A stretch of 63,932 nt of DNA, the filler included, from Salisapilia sapeloensis CBS 127946 (taxonomy: Eukaryota; Protista; Oomycota), in the NCBI GenBank assembly GCA_023334545.1. It is 14 parts of 14 records of this genome, joined end to end, with 100 filler letters (N's around TTAATTAATTAA, not from the genome) between each part and the next. Parts side by side here need not be neighbours in the genome. Positions count along the whole stretch, not along the records: positions 48,522 to 59,325 come from JAADVB010000441.1; positions 59,426 to 61,587 come from JAADVB010000948.1; positions 61,688 to 63,932 come from JAADVB010000931.1; 11 more parts are not named here. One strand, written 5' to 3'. The notes beneath the pieces were generated by a model that was given only the letters and a program-made list of their open reading frames with translations, ran no database searches and was not told where the DNA came from. The position numbers were made by a program, and so were the translations under genes. This document shows, piece after piece, positions 51,601 to 62,660 of this stretch (positions within the stretch are counted from its first letter, which is position 1; each line of letters opens with the position of its first letter).

Positions 51601-53571
51601 CGTTACGATCGGTTGCAACAAGACCTGCATACGTTCCCACGTGTCAAAGATGTCATGTACAATCACAAGATTAAAGAAAGTATTCGGTGACCCTCGACTT
51701 GCCGTCGTAGCCGACGCTCCCATAACGCAAAAAGGAATGGATGTATCGGAATCGAGCTGGAAAATGCCATGAACATAGTCCTCTTTCCCTTCCATCCCTA
51801 TGATGCCTGGCAACGACAGTATCTGTGCTGCTTCCAACCGCCTCCGTCTGTTTAACCGACGCACCTGCTCTTCCCTTCGTCTCGCGAGAGCTTCCATTGC
51901 GGCAGCTACCGCGTCCTTTGGTTCAGAATATGCGACTTGAAGTGTGTCTTCTGGACCCTTAGCAAGTGCCAATTGCACGGTACGATTCAACGCATCCTTA
52001 TCTACAGGTTTACCAATGCATCCATTAAGTCCACACCGTTTGTATAAATCAAGATCCGGTGAGGCCGTCTTGTGTGTCATGCACAGCACAGGCACCTGTC
52101 GATCACTCGACTTGGACTGTTCTCGAAATTGCTTCGTGAATTCGATACCATCAATGTCGCCGTGCAGCTCTCGCTCGCACAAAATGAGATCGTACTCGGA
52201 GTGAGACGTTTTTTCTAAAGCGTCCTGCGCGGTGCTGGAGATGGTCACTCGCAACGTATACAATAAAGAGCAAGATAATAAGAGCTTTTCAATCCGAAGA
52301 GCTGCTTCCGTGTCGGATTCGACCATTAGAATTCGTTTTGGTTGATCACTTTCAACTGTTTCTTTCCGATTATTGATGTCATTTGTCTTGTGTTTTGGGA
52401 TCGGAGTGACGTTTGTTGTTACTTGAGATGACTTACCACGCAAGTACTTGTCAACATTGACGCATGCACTACTATTTACTAGAGGCTTTATCTGCATCGG
52501 CTTGGAGATAGATCGAGGTGATTTTGACAGCACTGGCATGCTCACACTTGTCGCTAACGTTTTAGACTGTTGGGCTACTGGAGACGAAACTTCGTTATCA
52601 AGTCTAGGCGTGCTTTCCTTCTGCACTGTAATCACTGGTAAAGATACAACTTTTTCGCTCACACTATGTACGAGATCGTGCTGAGACTTTTGTCGCTTTG
52701 CAGGAGGCTTCGATTTACGCAAGTAGATCTCCTGTTTCCTATTTACCTCTTTCTCCACAACTTTTTCCCATTCCTTTTTAACTGCTTTGGATACATGAGA
52801 TGCATCCTTGCGAACGGGACTCTTATTCTTGTGACCTGCCAACACTTCCCTCGCTCGATCCAGTAATGAGTAGATGGAATAACAGTTCAAACATACTCGT
52901 ACTTGCCTATAGTAATTTGAGGTTCCGTCTAGTTCATGCTGCTGTCGAGAACGAAGGTCTTTCTGTAGCTGATGGGAAGTCGTAAGTGCCAGCACTCCCG
53001 TTCGTTTCTCTCGCTTCTTCTGTCCATCCGCACCTGGAAATTCAACCGACTCGGATGTAATTTTAGTCGTCTCGACTGATCCTAAAGTTCCATCCAGTGA
53101 GTGTACTAGACGCTGCTTGTTCGGCTTGGCTAAAGCGATCGATCGATACGTGATCACTCGGAGTTCTTTTTCAGTATTTTGCTTTAACAATTCTTTTTGA
53201 CGCAGTTCTCTAACTTGGAAAGATGAAAGTACTTTAGAAATATTGTCTTCTTGAAGCGCATTTACTTCGTCTGGATGGAAAAGGTGCTGTAAAGCCGTTG
53301 CCGTCGTCGAACCCGGGCGGTTACTGTATCTGGACGTCAATGTAGTAGAGTTCGACTCGGGCATTTCTTTCAATTCAAAGTGGCAAAAGTCACCATAGCA
53401 GCGAAATGGAGTCGGGTATGCTACTGCTGACGATCTCGGCTGTCGTGTAGATGCTGCCGATATGCGCATTTCGATCGTTGCAGGCGATTCTTTGCTCATA
53501 AGATTACGACTACTAGCATTAGCTGACTGGAAAGTCCTCGTATCGCGGAAGCTATCGTCGTTCGTGTCCAT
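48688..53571 (-). CDS. 1627-aa single-exon multidomain protein: receiver (REC)-like, alpha/beta-hydrolase-like, about 6 IQ motifs, coiled coil, SAM
   Basis: REC-like RILMVESD...YDLILCE...GCIGKP (about 51990-52345); hydrolase-like LVIVHDIFD...LWNYPGQ...GIGNGG...GHE (about 50860-51690); IQxxxRG repeats (about 49870-50340); SAM WSVEDIGRWL...LGVEHQLHRKKIL (about 48790-48990). Confidence 0.88.
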   Translation of the reverse strand: MDTNDDSFRDTRTFQSANASSRNLMSKESPATIEMRISAASTRQPRSSAVAYPTPFRCYGDFCHFELKEMPESNSTTLTSRYSNRPGSTTATALQHLFHPDEVNALQEDNISKVLSSFQVRELRQKELLKQNTEKELRVITYRSIALAKPNKQRLVHSLDGTLGSVETTKITSESVEFPGADGQKKREKRTGVLALTTSHQLQKDLRSRQQHELDGTSNYYRQVRVCLNCYSIYSLLDRAREVLAGHKNKSPVRKDASHVSKAVKKEWEKVVEKEVNRKQEIYLRKSKPPAKRQKSQHDLVHSVSEKVVSLPVITVQKESTPRLDNEVSSPVAQQSKTLATSVSMPVLSKSPRSISKPMQIKPLVNSSACVNVDKYLRGKSSQVTTNVTPIPKHKTNDINNRKETVESDQPKRILMVESDTEAALRIEKLLLSCSLLYTLRVTISSTAQDALEKTSHSEYDLILCERELHGDIDGIEFTKQFREQSKSSDRQVPVLCMTHKTASPDLDLYKRCGLNGCIGKPVDKDALNRTVQLALAKGPEDTLQVAYSEPKDAVAAAMEALARRREEQVRRLNRRRRLEAAQILSLPGIIGMEGKEDYVHGIFQLDSDTSIPFCVMGASATTASRGSPNTFFNLVIVHDIFDTWERMQVLLQPIVTRYRGAVQVLLWNYPGQAYSSWRKDTLLNNVYLSHCLHSLLQFVGCEGGRGYFRNAPYNLIGIGNGGSIATTFAAQSPPLDKNLRSLVLLNPFLYVDASLAQFFHDCLKVFDCTPASRPDLPIYFHTRYLFSTDYLSQVTSSFALNLYTAVTNPITLEGRKALCHGALSNKDVRTLAHHLHVPYFSVCASENGLFNPSEQVRSLATSRGDTWTDSISKVLHSSQVIRRTCEIWLKSGHEVLQERKEDILTLLEQLATGFHEVHEAVIMHESPSKTEKKQQKPLFEGNFIDSILSTVKDASHNHPTTPSAVARPCSRERTASRGSNNNPNDSDKWQQFQQSVETTDATVSPTKRNPLVKHKVNALEKDKHTFNPHVPAFERISSNLIYKVGGGSKIYQELRDAQDLPEVKEYMQWRVKRNQARLQRMERKAVIIQRCFRDFYERLKAFRIKQEACAIDLQRVWRAKVARRMYAGMRREDWAVRLVQRNWRGKLGRASFKERMLQYLSARAIERIVRGGLARRHVKRMRRLWNMACTLIQSCYRGLVGRRRALWEKKRKYAAIDIQRIYRGVLGKRRYVNEKEKYLLSRSQSRAVQFGKQMLMEYKLYGTKLQSEVEILAQEKKKLEEEAECVVREICEFDEGVELLEGEMQSLTQLESQQTGAVMTEQARWQLREQKMRLDREFTQMIAQLASRKEKLSVLEKQLQELDKCRIAKEDELRGLEKKLVVLLEEQQEELNQVKKKQETTTNLVQGLVPSDGKGAMDSVPSVLAKESSKMNEFSPQQRKEVGQLMESTETMMKFGFMSMSMTYFSSMNLVRAMRKIGSEHMTLESAAAVSKHRWPEYDEAANVSSNPEFRAASLPGKFPEQEPFQVAAWSVEDIGRWLHTLALGQYKQAFSDAAVDGALLLHLNDSDLKNTLGVEHQLHRKKILKSIDQLKEKEAEKIRQLYSSSADLGDTRGKTSSSTARALKK

Positions 53572-53901
53572 AGTTGTAGAGCTACGCGGAGACCAGCAAC
53601 TCTATTACGTCCGGATATCGACTTTCGCTCGAATAGCGCTCCTCATATATCTAAATATAGAAATTCATACATGTTGGCATCTTCAGGAAGCATGAATGCA
53701 TCCGCCAGTGTTGCGGACGACTCTATAAAGTCGTACGGGGCTTGACAATCGCCTACCACCTTGCTCGGCCCATTAGCTTGTCACCAGGACTTATACGTGA
53801 TCAAACCTCATGTTGGACAGTTATATACGTAAACCAAGTCAAAATGTTTATAGTATATGAACCCAAGAGGAAGACTTCCTAGACCAGTAAAGAGATTGGC
53901 A

Positions 53902-54405
53902 ATGGCATTGGCACGACGTCTTACCTCGCTGCGTGCGTCTCGTACGAGCGCACTCGCTTTCTCGACGCAGCTTCCTGCGCAGCAGCACGCAAAGGCGCCC
54001 ACACAGCGTCATAACAACTTGGTGCTACACTCGCAGCAAGCTTCGCTCATCCATTCTTCCGCGAAACGGGAAAATGCGATTCTTGTCGGCGGCTTAGGCG
54101 TCGCGGCAGCAGCCATGGGCGCCAAGTACATTTTAGAAATCTACCAGAACTACCAGAAAAAGCCAAAGAGTGAAAAGTCAAAGTGGAAGTATCGCAACTT
54201 TTACGATGGTCCGTTTGAAGAGAAGATGACGCGACGAGAAGCTGCGCTTATTCTAGGCGTGCGAGAGCATGCTTCGGAAGAGCGTATTCGTAACGCACAC
54301 CGGAAGCTTTTGATCCTTAACCATCCGGATACTGGTGGCTCGACGTTTCTTTCTACCAAGATTAACGAAGCCAAGGAAATGCTGCTTTCAGGTGGCAAAA
54401 AGTAA
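53902..54405 (+). CDS. PAM18: Mitochondrial import motor J-protein PAM18/TIM14
   Basis: TM segment [46 protein letters not shown] and KINEAK. An upstream in-frame ATG at 53857 is possible. Confidence 0.93.
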   Translation: MALARRLTSLRASRTSALAFSTQLPAQQHAKAPTQRHNNLVLHSQQASLIHSSAKRENAILVGGLGVAAAAMGAKYILEIYQNYQKKPKSEKSKWKYRNFYDGPFEEKMTRREAALILGVREHASEERIRNAHRKLLILNHPDTGGSTFLSTKINEAKEMLLSGGKK

Positions 54406-55844
54406 GCGCCATGGAGAATAGAAAAGTCTTGGGTTGTTCTTGTTTGTGTTGACCAGCGTTGTGCTTTAATCCGTTGTAGAGATTATTGTTTACAATATGG
54501 AAAGTGTTTAGTGCTAGAGCAAAAGCCACGACGCTTTATGCGTGCTCCTTTCGCCGAGCATCGTTTTATCTTCATTTATAGTCCCAAGATGAGGCTCTAC
54601 CGAGTGACTTGTGCTCGTTGTTTAGATAGATGCGTAGCATCCAACACTCTATACTTTCCTTTACTCTTTACCACATACAGGTATCTAGGTAGGCATCGAC
54701 TATAGGATTGATAAACTTCTTGTCTAAAAGCGGGTCAACTAAAGCATAAGATGGAGAAAGGATTGGGACTGAAAAGAGTTCAAGGTACAGAGAAAGCTAG
54801 CTTGTAATGCAAGATATAAGAATGTGCTTGCGGGATTTTAAAGGAAGACTCGTTAAAAAGCGGTCAAGCATTGACGGAAGCAAGGATGGTCGTGAGGTGG
54901 CGGGGATGAATGAAGATAGAGCAGGTACACCTTCTGCGTATCACAGTATCTACCCCCATCATCGCAAAGAATCCTTGTGCAGATGGGGATTGGAATCGCA
55001 TAGTGGATTATACTTTACTTATCTAGCTTTGGTATCCGATTGAAAGCTCGATCTCTCTGAAAACGTGTTGCGATCCACATGTTGAAGCTACAGCTGATGT
55101 CCTGTCAAGTGAACTGAACAAGTCACTTTTGGGCATCCAACGCACACGACCGTCGTCTTTGATCAGAGTTTTAGTGTATACTCAGCTTATAGCGTTCTCT
55201 CGTCGGCACGACCAAAGTATCGCCTGCTCATCTATCATTTCTTGTGCCTTTAGTCGAAGCCAAGGTTGACGTGGATGATTATGGGGAATCCAGTTCGTGT
55301 CACGAGTAAAACACTTTCAGAGCGACTCTTTTTCCCATAGCAACGTTCTCATAGATATTCCATATCTTGCTACCACCAAGAGTATTCATGTCTTTATTAC
55401 TTCGAGTTGTAGTCGATTGAATCGGGCAGAGGGGAATCTACCTAGCACTAACACTCTCCCACTCCAAAGTAGACAGTCAGATCGAGCAAATGAATAGCAT
55501 GACCATCGAATTCGGCTTTGATGCAGAAATGAAGATCTTGAGCCACCCACTATGGATCGATTCTTCATCACCAAGCTGCGGGCAAGATCGTTCGATAAAA
55601 AGGTGGTCAGATCAAGCGGCATAAAATCCAAGTATACTACATCTCCGATAGCAGGTTTTGTTGTCGAATTTTGTATAGAAACTTGGACCTAAGACTCGGA
55701 AGCAACATTAGGTATAAGAGGTGGACATACCATCCGTATCGAAGCCAACAAGGTGTCCAACCCCTGCCTTTGTACGCTTCGAAGAGATCACTTTCCATCC
55801 CACCTCTACCATCACAGGTACCAATAGCAAGAAGAAATAAGAGA

Positions 55845-57650
55845 ATGCCGTACGGCCAGCGCCCTAACTTGCGCTTCAATTATCAGGAGCAAGCGGAACC
55901 TGCTCGGTGGTCAAGTCGCCAGTCCAATCGCAGATACACACCTTACGAAGAGTACACGACACCGTCCGCAACCGAGTATAATCCTGACGCAGAGTTCAAC
56001 ACACCGATCACTTCCGAGACACCTTCCTATCCTTACCACGAACACTCCTTTCAACAGTATTCTTCTTACGAAATGAACCAGTCGAATTTCGCACCTGTCA
56101 CGGACGCTCAGCCGTCCGCATTAACTCCTTCCACCTCCAGTAAATCGCTAGACCAGCCTCCTGTGGTGCCACTTCCGAAGCAAGAGTCAATGATGCTACA
56201 GGAACAACCTGAAGACTCTGGACCGGAGCGAGAATGCCATGATGTCTTTTTCTTGTTAGTTTTCTTAGCACTCGTCGCCACAACAATTGTCTTCACCTGC
56301 ATGTATGGGAAAGACGTGATCGAAGCAACTCACTTGGATGATGTAAGTCAATCATCTGGTATTCAGCTAGTGCTGAGCAACATGGCGCAAGCAGGTTTCG
56401 CTTCCTTGGGCATGTCCGTCGGTTGGATTTTACTCATGATCCTCTTCGGCTCCTTTTTGATCTGGACAGCCTTGGGCGGAATCATCCTTCTCAATGTCGC
56501 TGGTGCTGTCTTCTTCGTGAAGAGAGGGCTGGATAAAGATGAAACTATCTACTATTACCCAGCAGCACTCTTCGGTGTCATGGCCCTCCTCGTTCTTTTG
56601 TTCGCGTTTGTTGTGCGGAAAAGGATCAGGTTTGCTGCGGTGCACTTAAAAATCGCTGGCAATGCCATCTTCCGTCTGCCCATGACCATTGTTGTCGCTA
56701 TTTGCATGGCCTTGGCGCAATTGGGATGGGCCATCGCATGGGCGCTTGGTGCCTTTGGCTTCATGTACAACGTCGGAGCGATTGAAATCGCGAATGCCGG
56801 CGGAAAGTGTACGCTTCAAAACTGCGATCTGGATGTAAAGATCGGCACGGCACTGGGTCTTGTAGCAGCTTGCTTGCTCGTGTACTTTTGGGCGAATTTT
56901 GTTCTACGCAACGTCATCGCTGTGACCGTCGCTGGCACTGTTGCTGCATGGCAAAAAGCCTCTGACAGTCCAATGATCACACTCGGTGCATGGTTACGTG
57001 CGGTTACGTTGAACATTGGTAGTATCTGCTTTGGCTCATTGATCGTCGCGATCTTGGAAACGATCAAAGAGATGCTGAGGATCGTTGCATGGATGTCCAA
57101 GCGCAGTGGGAACTGTGTTTTGGCTTGCATATTCGGTTGTGTCTCTTGTCTCGTCGGGTGCATCGAAAGGATGCTGGAGTTTTTCAACCGCTTTGCGTTT
57201 GCGTACATTGGCTGCTATGGCTTTAGCTTCATCACTGCGAGTCGGCACGTGGGCCAGTTGCTGTCAAGCAAAGGATGGACTGTGATCGTGAATGACAGCT
57301 TGACAAACAACGTCTTCTTCCTAGGAAATTTGGTGATCGGCGGACTCACGACGTTCATTGCCATCCAGTTGCTTTCGGACGATGAAGAGGAGCGATTAAA
57401 GATGCTCGTCCACCCAGAAGCTGTCATTGGCTTCTTAGCTTTCGTGATGGGCTATGCGATAAATAATCTACTCATGACAGTCGTGTCGAGTGCCGTGACC
57501 ACAGTGTTTGTATTATGGGCAGAGGACCCTCAGAGCTGGCAGGCGACTCGACCGAAACAATTTGAAGATCTGCATCAGGCTTGGATGAAGATCTACCCGA
57601 AAGAGTATAATAATGGCTACGGCAAGCAAGAAATGCAGTCCGAGGTCTAA
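55845..57650 (+). CDS. Choline transporter-like (CTL/PNS1/SLC44) membrane protein
   Basis: DVFFLLVFL, RKRIRFAAVHLKIA, NIGSICFGSLIVAILE and FNRFAFAYIGCYG.SF..AS with about 10 TM helices. First ATG is at 55845. Confidence 0.92.
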   Translation: MPYGQRPNLRFNYQEQAEPARWSSRQSNRRYTPYEEYTTPSATEYNPDAEFNTPITSETPSYPYHEHSFQQYSSYEMNQSNFAPVTDAQPSALTPSTSSKSLDQPPVVPLPKQESMMLQEQPEDSGPERECHDVFFLLVFLALVATTIVFTCMYGKDVIEATHLDDVSQSSGIQLVLSNMAQAGFASLGMSVGWILLMILFGSFLIWTALGGIILLNVAGAVFFVKRGLDKDETIYYYPAALFGVMALLVLLFAFVVRKRIRFAAVHLKIAGNAIFRLPMTIVVAICMALAQLGWAIAWALGAFGFMYNVGAIEIANAGGKCTLQNCDLDVKIGTALGLVAACLLVYFWANFVLRNVIAVTVAGTVAAWQKASDSPMITLGAWLRAVTLNIGSICFGSLIVAILETIKEMLRIVAWMSKRSGNCVLACIFGCVSCLVGCIERMLEFFNRFAFAYIGCYGFSFITASRHVGQLLSSKGWTVIVNDSLTNNVFFLGNLVIGGLTTFIAIQLLSDDEEERLKMLVHPEAVIGFLAFVMGYAINNLLMTVVSSAVTTVFVLWAEDPQSWQATRPKQFEDLHQAWMKIYPKEYNNGYGKQEMQSEV

Positions 57651-57908
57651 GATTCTTTCGAGATATGTAATATAAGCTGAGGCAAAGATTGGGAATATAA
57701 CTGGAAGCTTTGGTGATGAACAGATCAACCGTTTCACTTGTCGAATATTTCTGGAGAGTACTTGTATTTCAGTTCAATGAAATTTTGAAGACATCATGTA
57801 CTTCATGCAAGACAAGAGCGCATTATCTTTCACTTTAACTAAACAATAACTTGGGACTGGTGTCCATGCAGCTTTCGCTTCTACTCAATTAGTAGAGGAA
57901 GCAGGTTC

Positions 57909-59325
57909 TTAGATCGCGAGCTTGAAGAGAGCGCCAAAGGCAGCCGCCACAAGACCGGCAATTGGAAGCGTGAACACCCAAGCAGCCACGATCTTACCAG
58001 CCATGCCGAACGAAACCTTCTTTGGCCCGAGAGCTACCATACTCACAAAGATGACCGCACCTACTTGACAGTGGGTCGTGGATACCGGGAGCTTGAGCAG
58101 TGACGCGATGATGACCGTGACGGTCGACGCGAGCTCCATGCAGAAACCTCGGTGCATGTTCACGATCGAAATGCTGCGGCCGATCGTCTTCATGACACGG
58201 TGGCCCTGGATGTTAATACCGACGAACACCATGAAGCCAGCAATAGCCATGATCCACACAGGAGTAGACTTGGGCTCGCACGAGTCGAGACCGTTGTCGT
58301 AGACATTGTACACAGCGCTGAGAGCACTGGTGGCGTTGGCAGTGTCGTTCGTTCCGTGCGCATACGACTCGAGCGCAGCTACGAGGATGATGAGGTAGCG
58401 GAATGTGAAGAGAGCGTCCTTCTCTTCCTTGGACTTGGAGTCCTCTTCCTCACGGAACTCCTTCTCGGTCTGGCTGACGACGCTGTCGGTGACAGACATG
58501 CGGTTCTCAGCTTCTTCGCCTTCCGCCACCTCGTCACTCTTGTCCGCACCGGGGGTGGTCATCAGCTTGTGCGAGTTCCCGTTGTCGGCGTCGAGCCCTC
58601 CGCCGTTGGAAGGAAGGCGCTTGCGGATGAACGGCACGAGGACGAACTGAGCAACACCGCCGACGACCACCATGAGTGCAGCGGACACGGCGATCATGTA
58701 GCCCTTGTTCCACTTCTTCGTGTGCGAAGACTTGAGGAGGATCATGAAGAGCAGAATGAACGCGACCACGCCATAGAGCACCGGGACAGCGATCATCGCG
58801 TTACGGTCCGGCGTCTTCGTTCGGAAGATGGCAAAGTCCGTGATATAGTAGATGACGACGCCGATGATGCCCGAGAGCACGGGTGAGATGACCCACGACG
58901 CGATGATGCCGCCGAGACCACCGCTGAAGGCCCAGTTGAGGCAGCTGCCGCCAGCACCCCAAATCGTCACACCGACGACACCACCGACGATGGCATGTGT
59001 CGTGGAAACTGGCAGACGGGTAAAGGTCGCGAGCATGAGGAAGATGCCAGCGCCGCATAGAGCACCGAACATGGCGACACCAAAGACACTCACGTTTGAG
59101 TCGCAGTAGCCGCACGCCCAGCACTCGGGATCTTCCAAGTCGGACACGCCTTTCTGGATCTTGGTCGACACGCCGTAGCCGAGTGTGACGGCGCCCAGCC
59201 AGTTCATGAGACCAGCGATGATACATGCCCACCGGACGCTGATAGCTTTGGACCCGACACTCGTACCCCAGGCATTCGCGACATCGTTCGCACCAATGTA
59301 GAACGCCATCAAGGCCATGATGAGG
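57909..59325 (-). CDS. PiT/PHO4-family inorganic phosphate transporter (5' truncated)
   Basis: Signature GANDVANAWGT, LPVSTTHAIVGG, HGTNDTAN and LPVSTTHCQVGA. Confidence 0.95.
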
Positions 59326-59425
59326 NNNNNNNNNNNNNNNNNNNNNNNNNNNNNNNNNNNNNNNNNNNNTTAATTAATTAANNNNNNNNNNNNNNNNNNN
59401 NNNNNNNNNNNNNNNNNNNNNNNNN

Positions 59426-60242
59426 CCATTCGCAAACGCTTCCGCTCTTGACTCTCGCCTTCCTCACTGCTTTGAGATTCGCCATGTGTAGAAGAAAGTG
59501 GGGCAAGCTCGGCACGCCACGACACTGAACGACCATCTGCACGACCACTTAAGAGGTAAGGTACTCCAGAAACCGGGTGACTGCCCTGCCACGACCTCAA
59601 GCCACTAGACGGAAAATATACCGACTGCCGCTCATCGCTACGTTCGGGAATGCGCTGTTGCCTCGATGCAGGCAACGACGCCGATCTCGTCTGCGTCGAC
59701 TCAAGCTGTTCATCGACTGCTCGAGATGGTTGTATTGAAACTTCACGTTGTGCTTCAGGCGTATATTCTGCGTCTGCATTGTCACGCACTGCTCTACTCG
59801 GAGAATCTGCGCGCCCGGGACCTAATATTTCTCGCCTTCCATACATAACATGCTGTAAATCGTGGAAATAGCGACACATTTTCAGCACGTGGCGCCCGAC
59901 TTCAGCTGTGTTCAGGTTTGACTCCCTCACATCAAAGCCGTTCGCACCCAGCCACGCCACAGCAGACGCATACGATCGCTCGAGCTCGTTAATCTGGGTC
60001 CGAATGTTGGCATTCTCTCGATGGAATAGTCCCTCTTCTTCCATCTCCTCCCGGATCTCTGTACACAGCTGCTCACGAGTTTCACCTCCGCCGCGCGCCT
60101 TAGACCCACACCATCGTTCATAGTTCTCCGGCACCATGAGCCAGTCTAGTAAGACTCGGATGGACGTTCGACCATCCACGCGGGCACTGTCATTGTCCCA
60201 CATGATGCGCTTCCGCTTCGGCTCCACAGGCACGCGACGCAT
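59426..60242 (-). CDS. Myb/SANT-like (trihelix-type) domain protein (3' truncated)
   Basis: WDNDS...SIRVLLDWL..PENYERWCG...TREQLCTEI..EM...G..RENANIRTQINELERSYASAVAWL matches a family I recognise from oomycete and rust-fungus hypothetical proteins. Followed by a disordered tail. Confidence 0.6.
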
Positions 60243-61687
60243 GACTGAGCTCGTGATTGGAGGAGCAAAATGTTAACAACAGGCGATCTCACAAGGTCAA
60301 AAGACTCTTCCTTGGATCACGACGAATACTGCTCATGTTCCACGGACGCTAGGACGACGATACCTACTTGGACCACTCCTCGCTTTTAATAACTGGAACT
60401 TACAGTAGTGGCAAATTTTATACAGTCAGGCTACACCACTAGGCCTCGACAGAGCAAGCACTTTATGAGCAGGACGAGTTCTCGTTCGATCTAGTGAACA
60501 TCACCTGAGGTCACTCGTAAGATCTACGAGAAACCCCACATCCAACGCACGCCAGACTAGCACACATCATATAGCTTTGATGAAGTCATTGTTGATTCGG
60601 AGCACACGCCCTAGTACAGCCAGAATCGATAGGAGAGAAGCATTTCTTCGATACGAAGGAGACATACAGCACACTTCGCTTTCACTGCTTAAATGGGTGC
60701 GGTGCTATCTATCTTGATGCACCCACAAACAAATGCATGCACATACATAATATATTAGCAAAGCATTCCTTCGCGCCCCAGCTCTTGATGTATGCTATTC
60801 ACGACGATCATCCTGGCTTGCTTACGTGGACGATAGTGGAGACTCTGATGAAAGCACCTGTGCATACTTTGGCCAGCTCATGCATTTGAGTGGCTAAATC
60901 AAACCTTTATTAAATAAGGCCGCATGCTCTCTCTGATGAATATCGAAGACCGGCTGAGCCGAGTCGGCGTTGATAGAGGTGCGTGCTCGATCTGGCAAAG
61001 GCATAGGCCTGGACATGACTGGACATTCTCCGTCGAGTTTCGCCTCTACTCAATAAACAAAGAGCTTGTGCTTTGAGAACACTGCAGAACCTAGCAGCTA
61101 TTTATTGCCCTCTCGCGCACATCCTGCCGGTGTGCCGATCGGGGAGATGGTGCCTGTACTCGTCGGTAGAGGCAAACGAAATACTATCATCTTCTTTGCT
61201 GCCGAAGATAATATAAAAAGCTAGGAGAGGTGATCAATACGAGCGACGACTGAGCGAACACGACCAAAAACTTTGTCGGTTCGCTCCCATATACTAGGAT
61301 GCGCACAAAAGTGGTAGCTGTTGGGTACAAACAACGTTCTCCAGTCATAGCTCGTATGCGTCTGGACGCCGACTGGGCGGTCCTTGCATTACTTTGCCAG
61401 GATAAGGCTTCCGACACGATGAAGACTATTGACTGACAGCATGAGAGATTAAAGGCAGAGGTGGAAGGAGATATCTACAGCACCATGCTCTGCGCACATA
61501 TCATGCTGTGGAGCAGGGTATAATGCGAGCCGCCCAAGCATTGATTCGGATGAAAAGCTCCCTGCTACCCACAAGGCAAGGAGAGCCNNNNNNNNNNNNN
61601 NNNNNNNNNNNNNNNNNNNNNNNNNNNNNNNTTAATTAATTAANNNNNNNNNNNNNNNNNNNNNNNNNNNNNNNNNNNNNNNNNNNN

Positions 61688-61828
61688 TGCCAGACCTATC
61701 GGATGGCCGTAGCGGAAGAGTCGTTTCATAGGCCATTCGTGTGCAGTTGCTGGGAAATGGGATCGAGATGGTGGAAATTTACAACAACCATGCAGAGACT
61801 TTGAGTACAATAGATGAAATGGCAGGAA
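61688..61828 (+). repeat. Left arm of a perfect 141-bp inverted repeat bounding the last contig
   Basis: 61688-61828 is the exact reverse complement of 63792-63932. Confidence 0.97.
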
Positions 61829-62614
61829 AGGAGATAGTTAGAAGACGAGTTATGTTAGATTGTCAAAGTCCGCGTTCGGATTCTGTTTTGCTAGCAATGG
61901 TCGGGCCATCAGGGTCCCATTGAATTCAAGAGCTAGCTGAGCACAGTTTGATGAGCTATGTTAAAGTAAGCCCATGGTGTCGGCTAGAAGCATTTTATGT
62001 CTAGATGCTAGGTGATGATGTTGTAAAGTAGACCGTGCTTCATCACAGAAACGAAATAATGTGCAGCAGAAAATTTGGAGACGTTGTTGCAGCTCTTGGT
62101 AGCATATGTGTGATTGTGAGACTAAGTCGATGAAGCAATAGAAGCACTTGAAAGTCTAGAGAACTAGTACTCAAAGCTACGATCGTTAGAATGCAAAGAG
62201 CTTGTACTTCAAGCTATATTAACAGTATTCTTCCGAGATAGTTTTCAAACTTTGTCTGCTTCATATTCGTACCAGGGTTTGGAATATAAGCATGCAGAAT
62301 GAAGGGATGTTTGTATTTTCGACTATATCTATAATGATACCATTGCTTTTTGGCGAAGGATTCCATAAAACTAATTGGCCGAGTTGTACCCATGGCATAA
62401 ATTTAACTTGATACATAGTTGTACCACATCCTACAGCTATAAAGGTGACGTTGTGAAGCTTACCAGCTGCAAGCTATTTTTATGTAATTGAGAGATAATT
62501 TTTCAGTATTAGACCAGTGGCACACCTCCACTCTGGTAAATATTTATGCCATGTGAGCGATGAAAACCAATTCGGCAGATTTGGGATTCGCATGTAGTAA
62601 GTCTAGTCATGATA

Positions 62615-62660
62615 ATCGAATCGGGCAATTCCGCGTTCTCTGAGAATTGCCCGATTCGAT
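62615..62660. repeat. Perfect 17-bp hairpin with a 12-nt loop
   Basis: ATCGAATCGGGCAATTC (62615-62631) and GAATTGCCCGATTCGAT (62644-62660). Confidence 0.92.
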
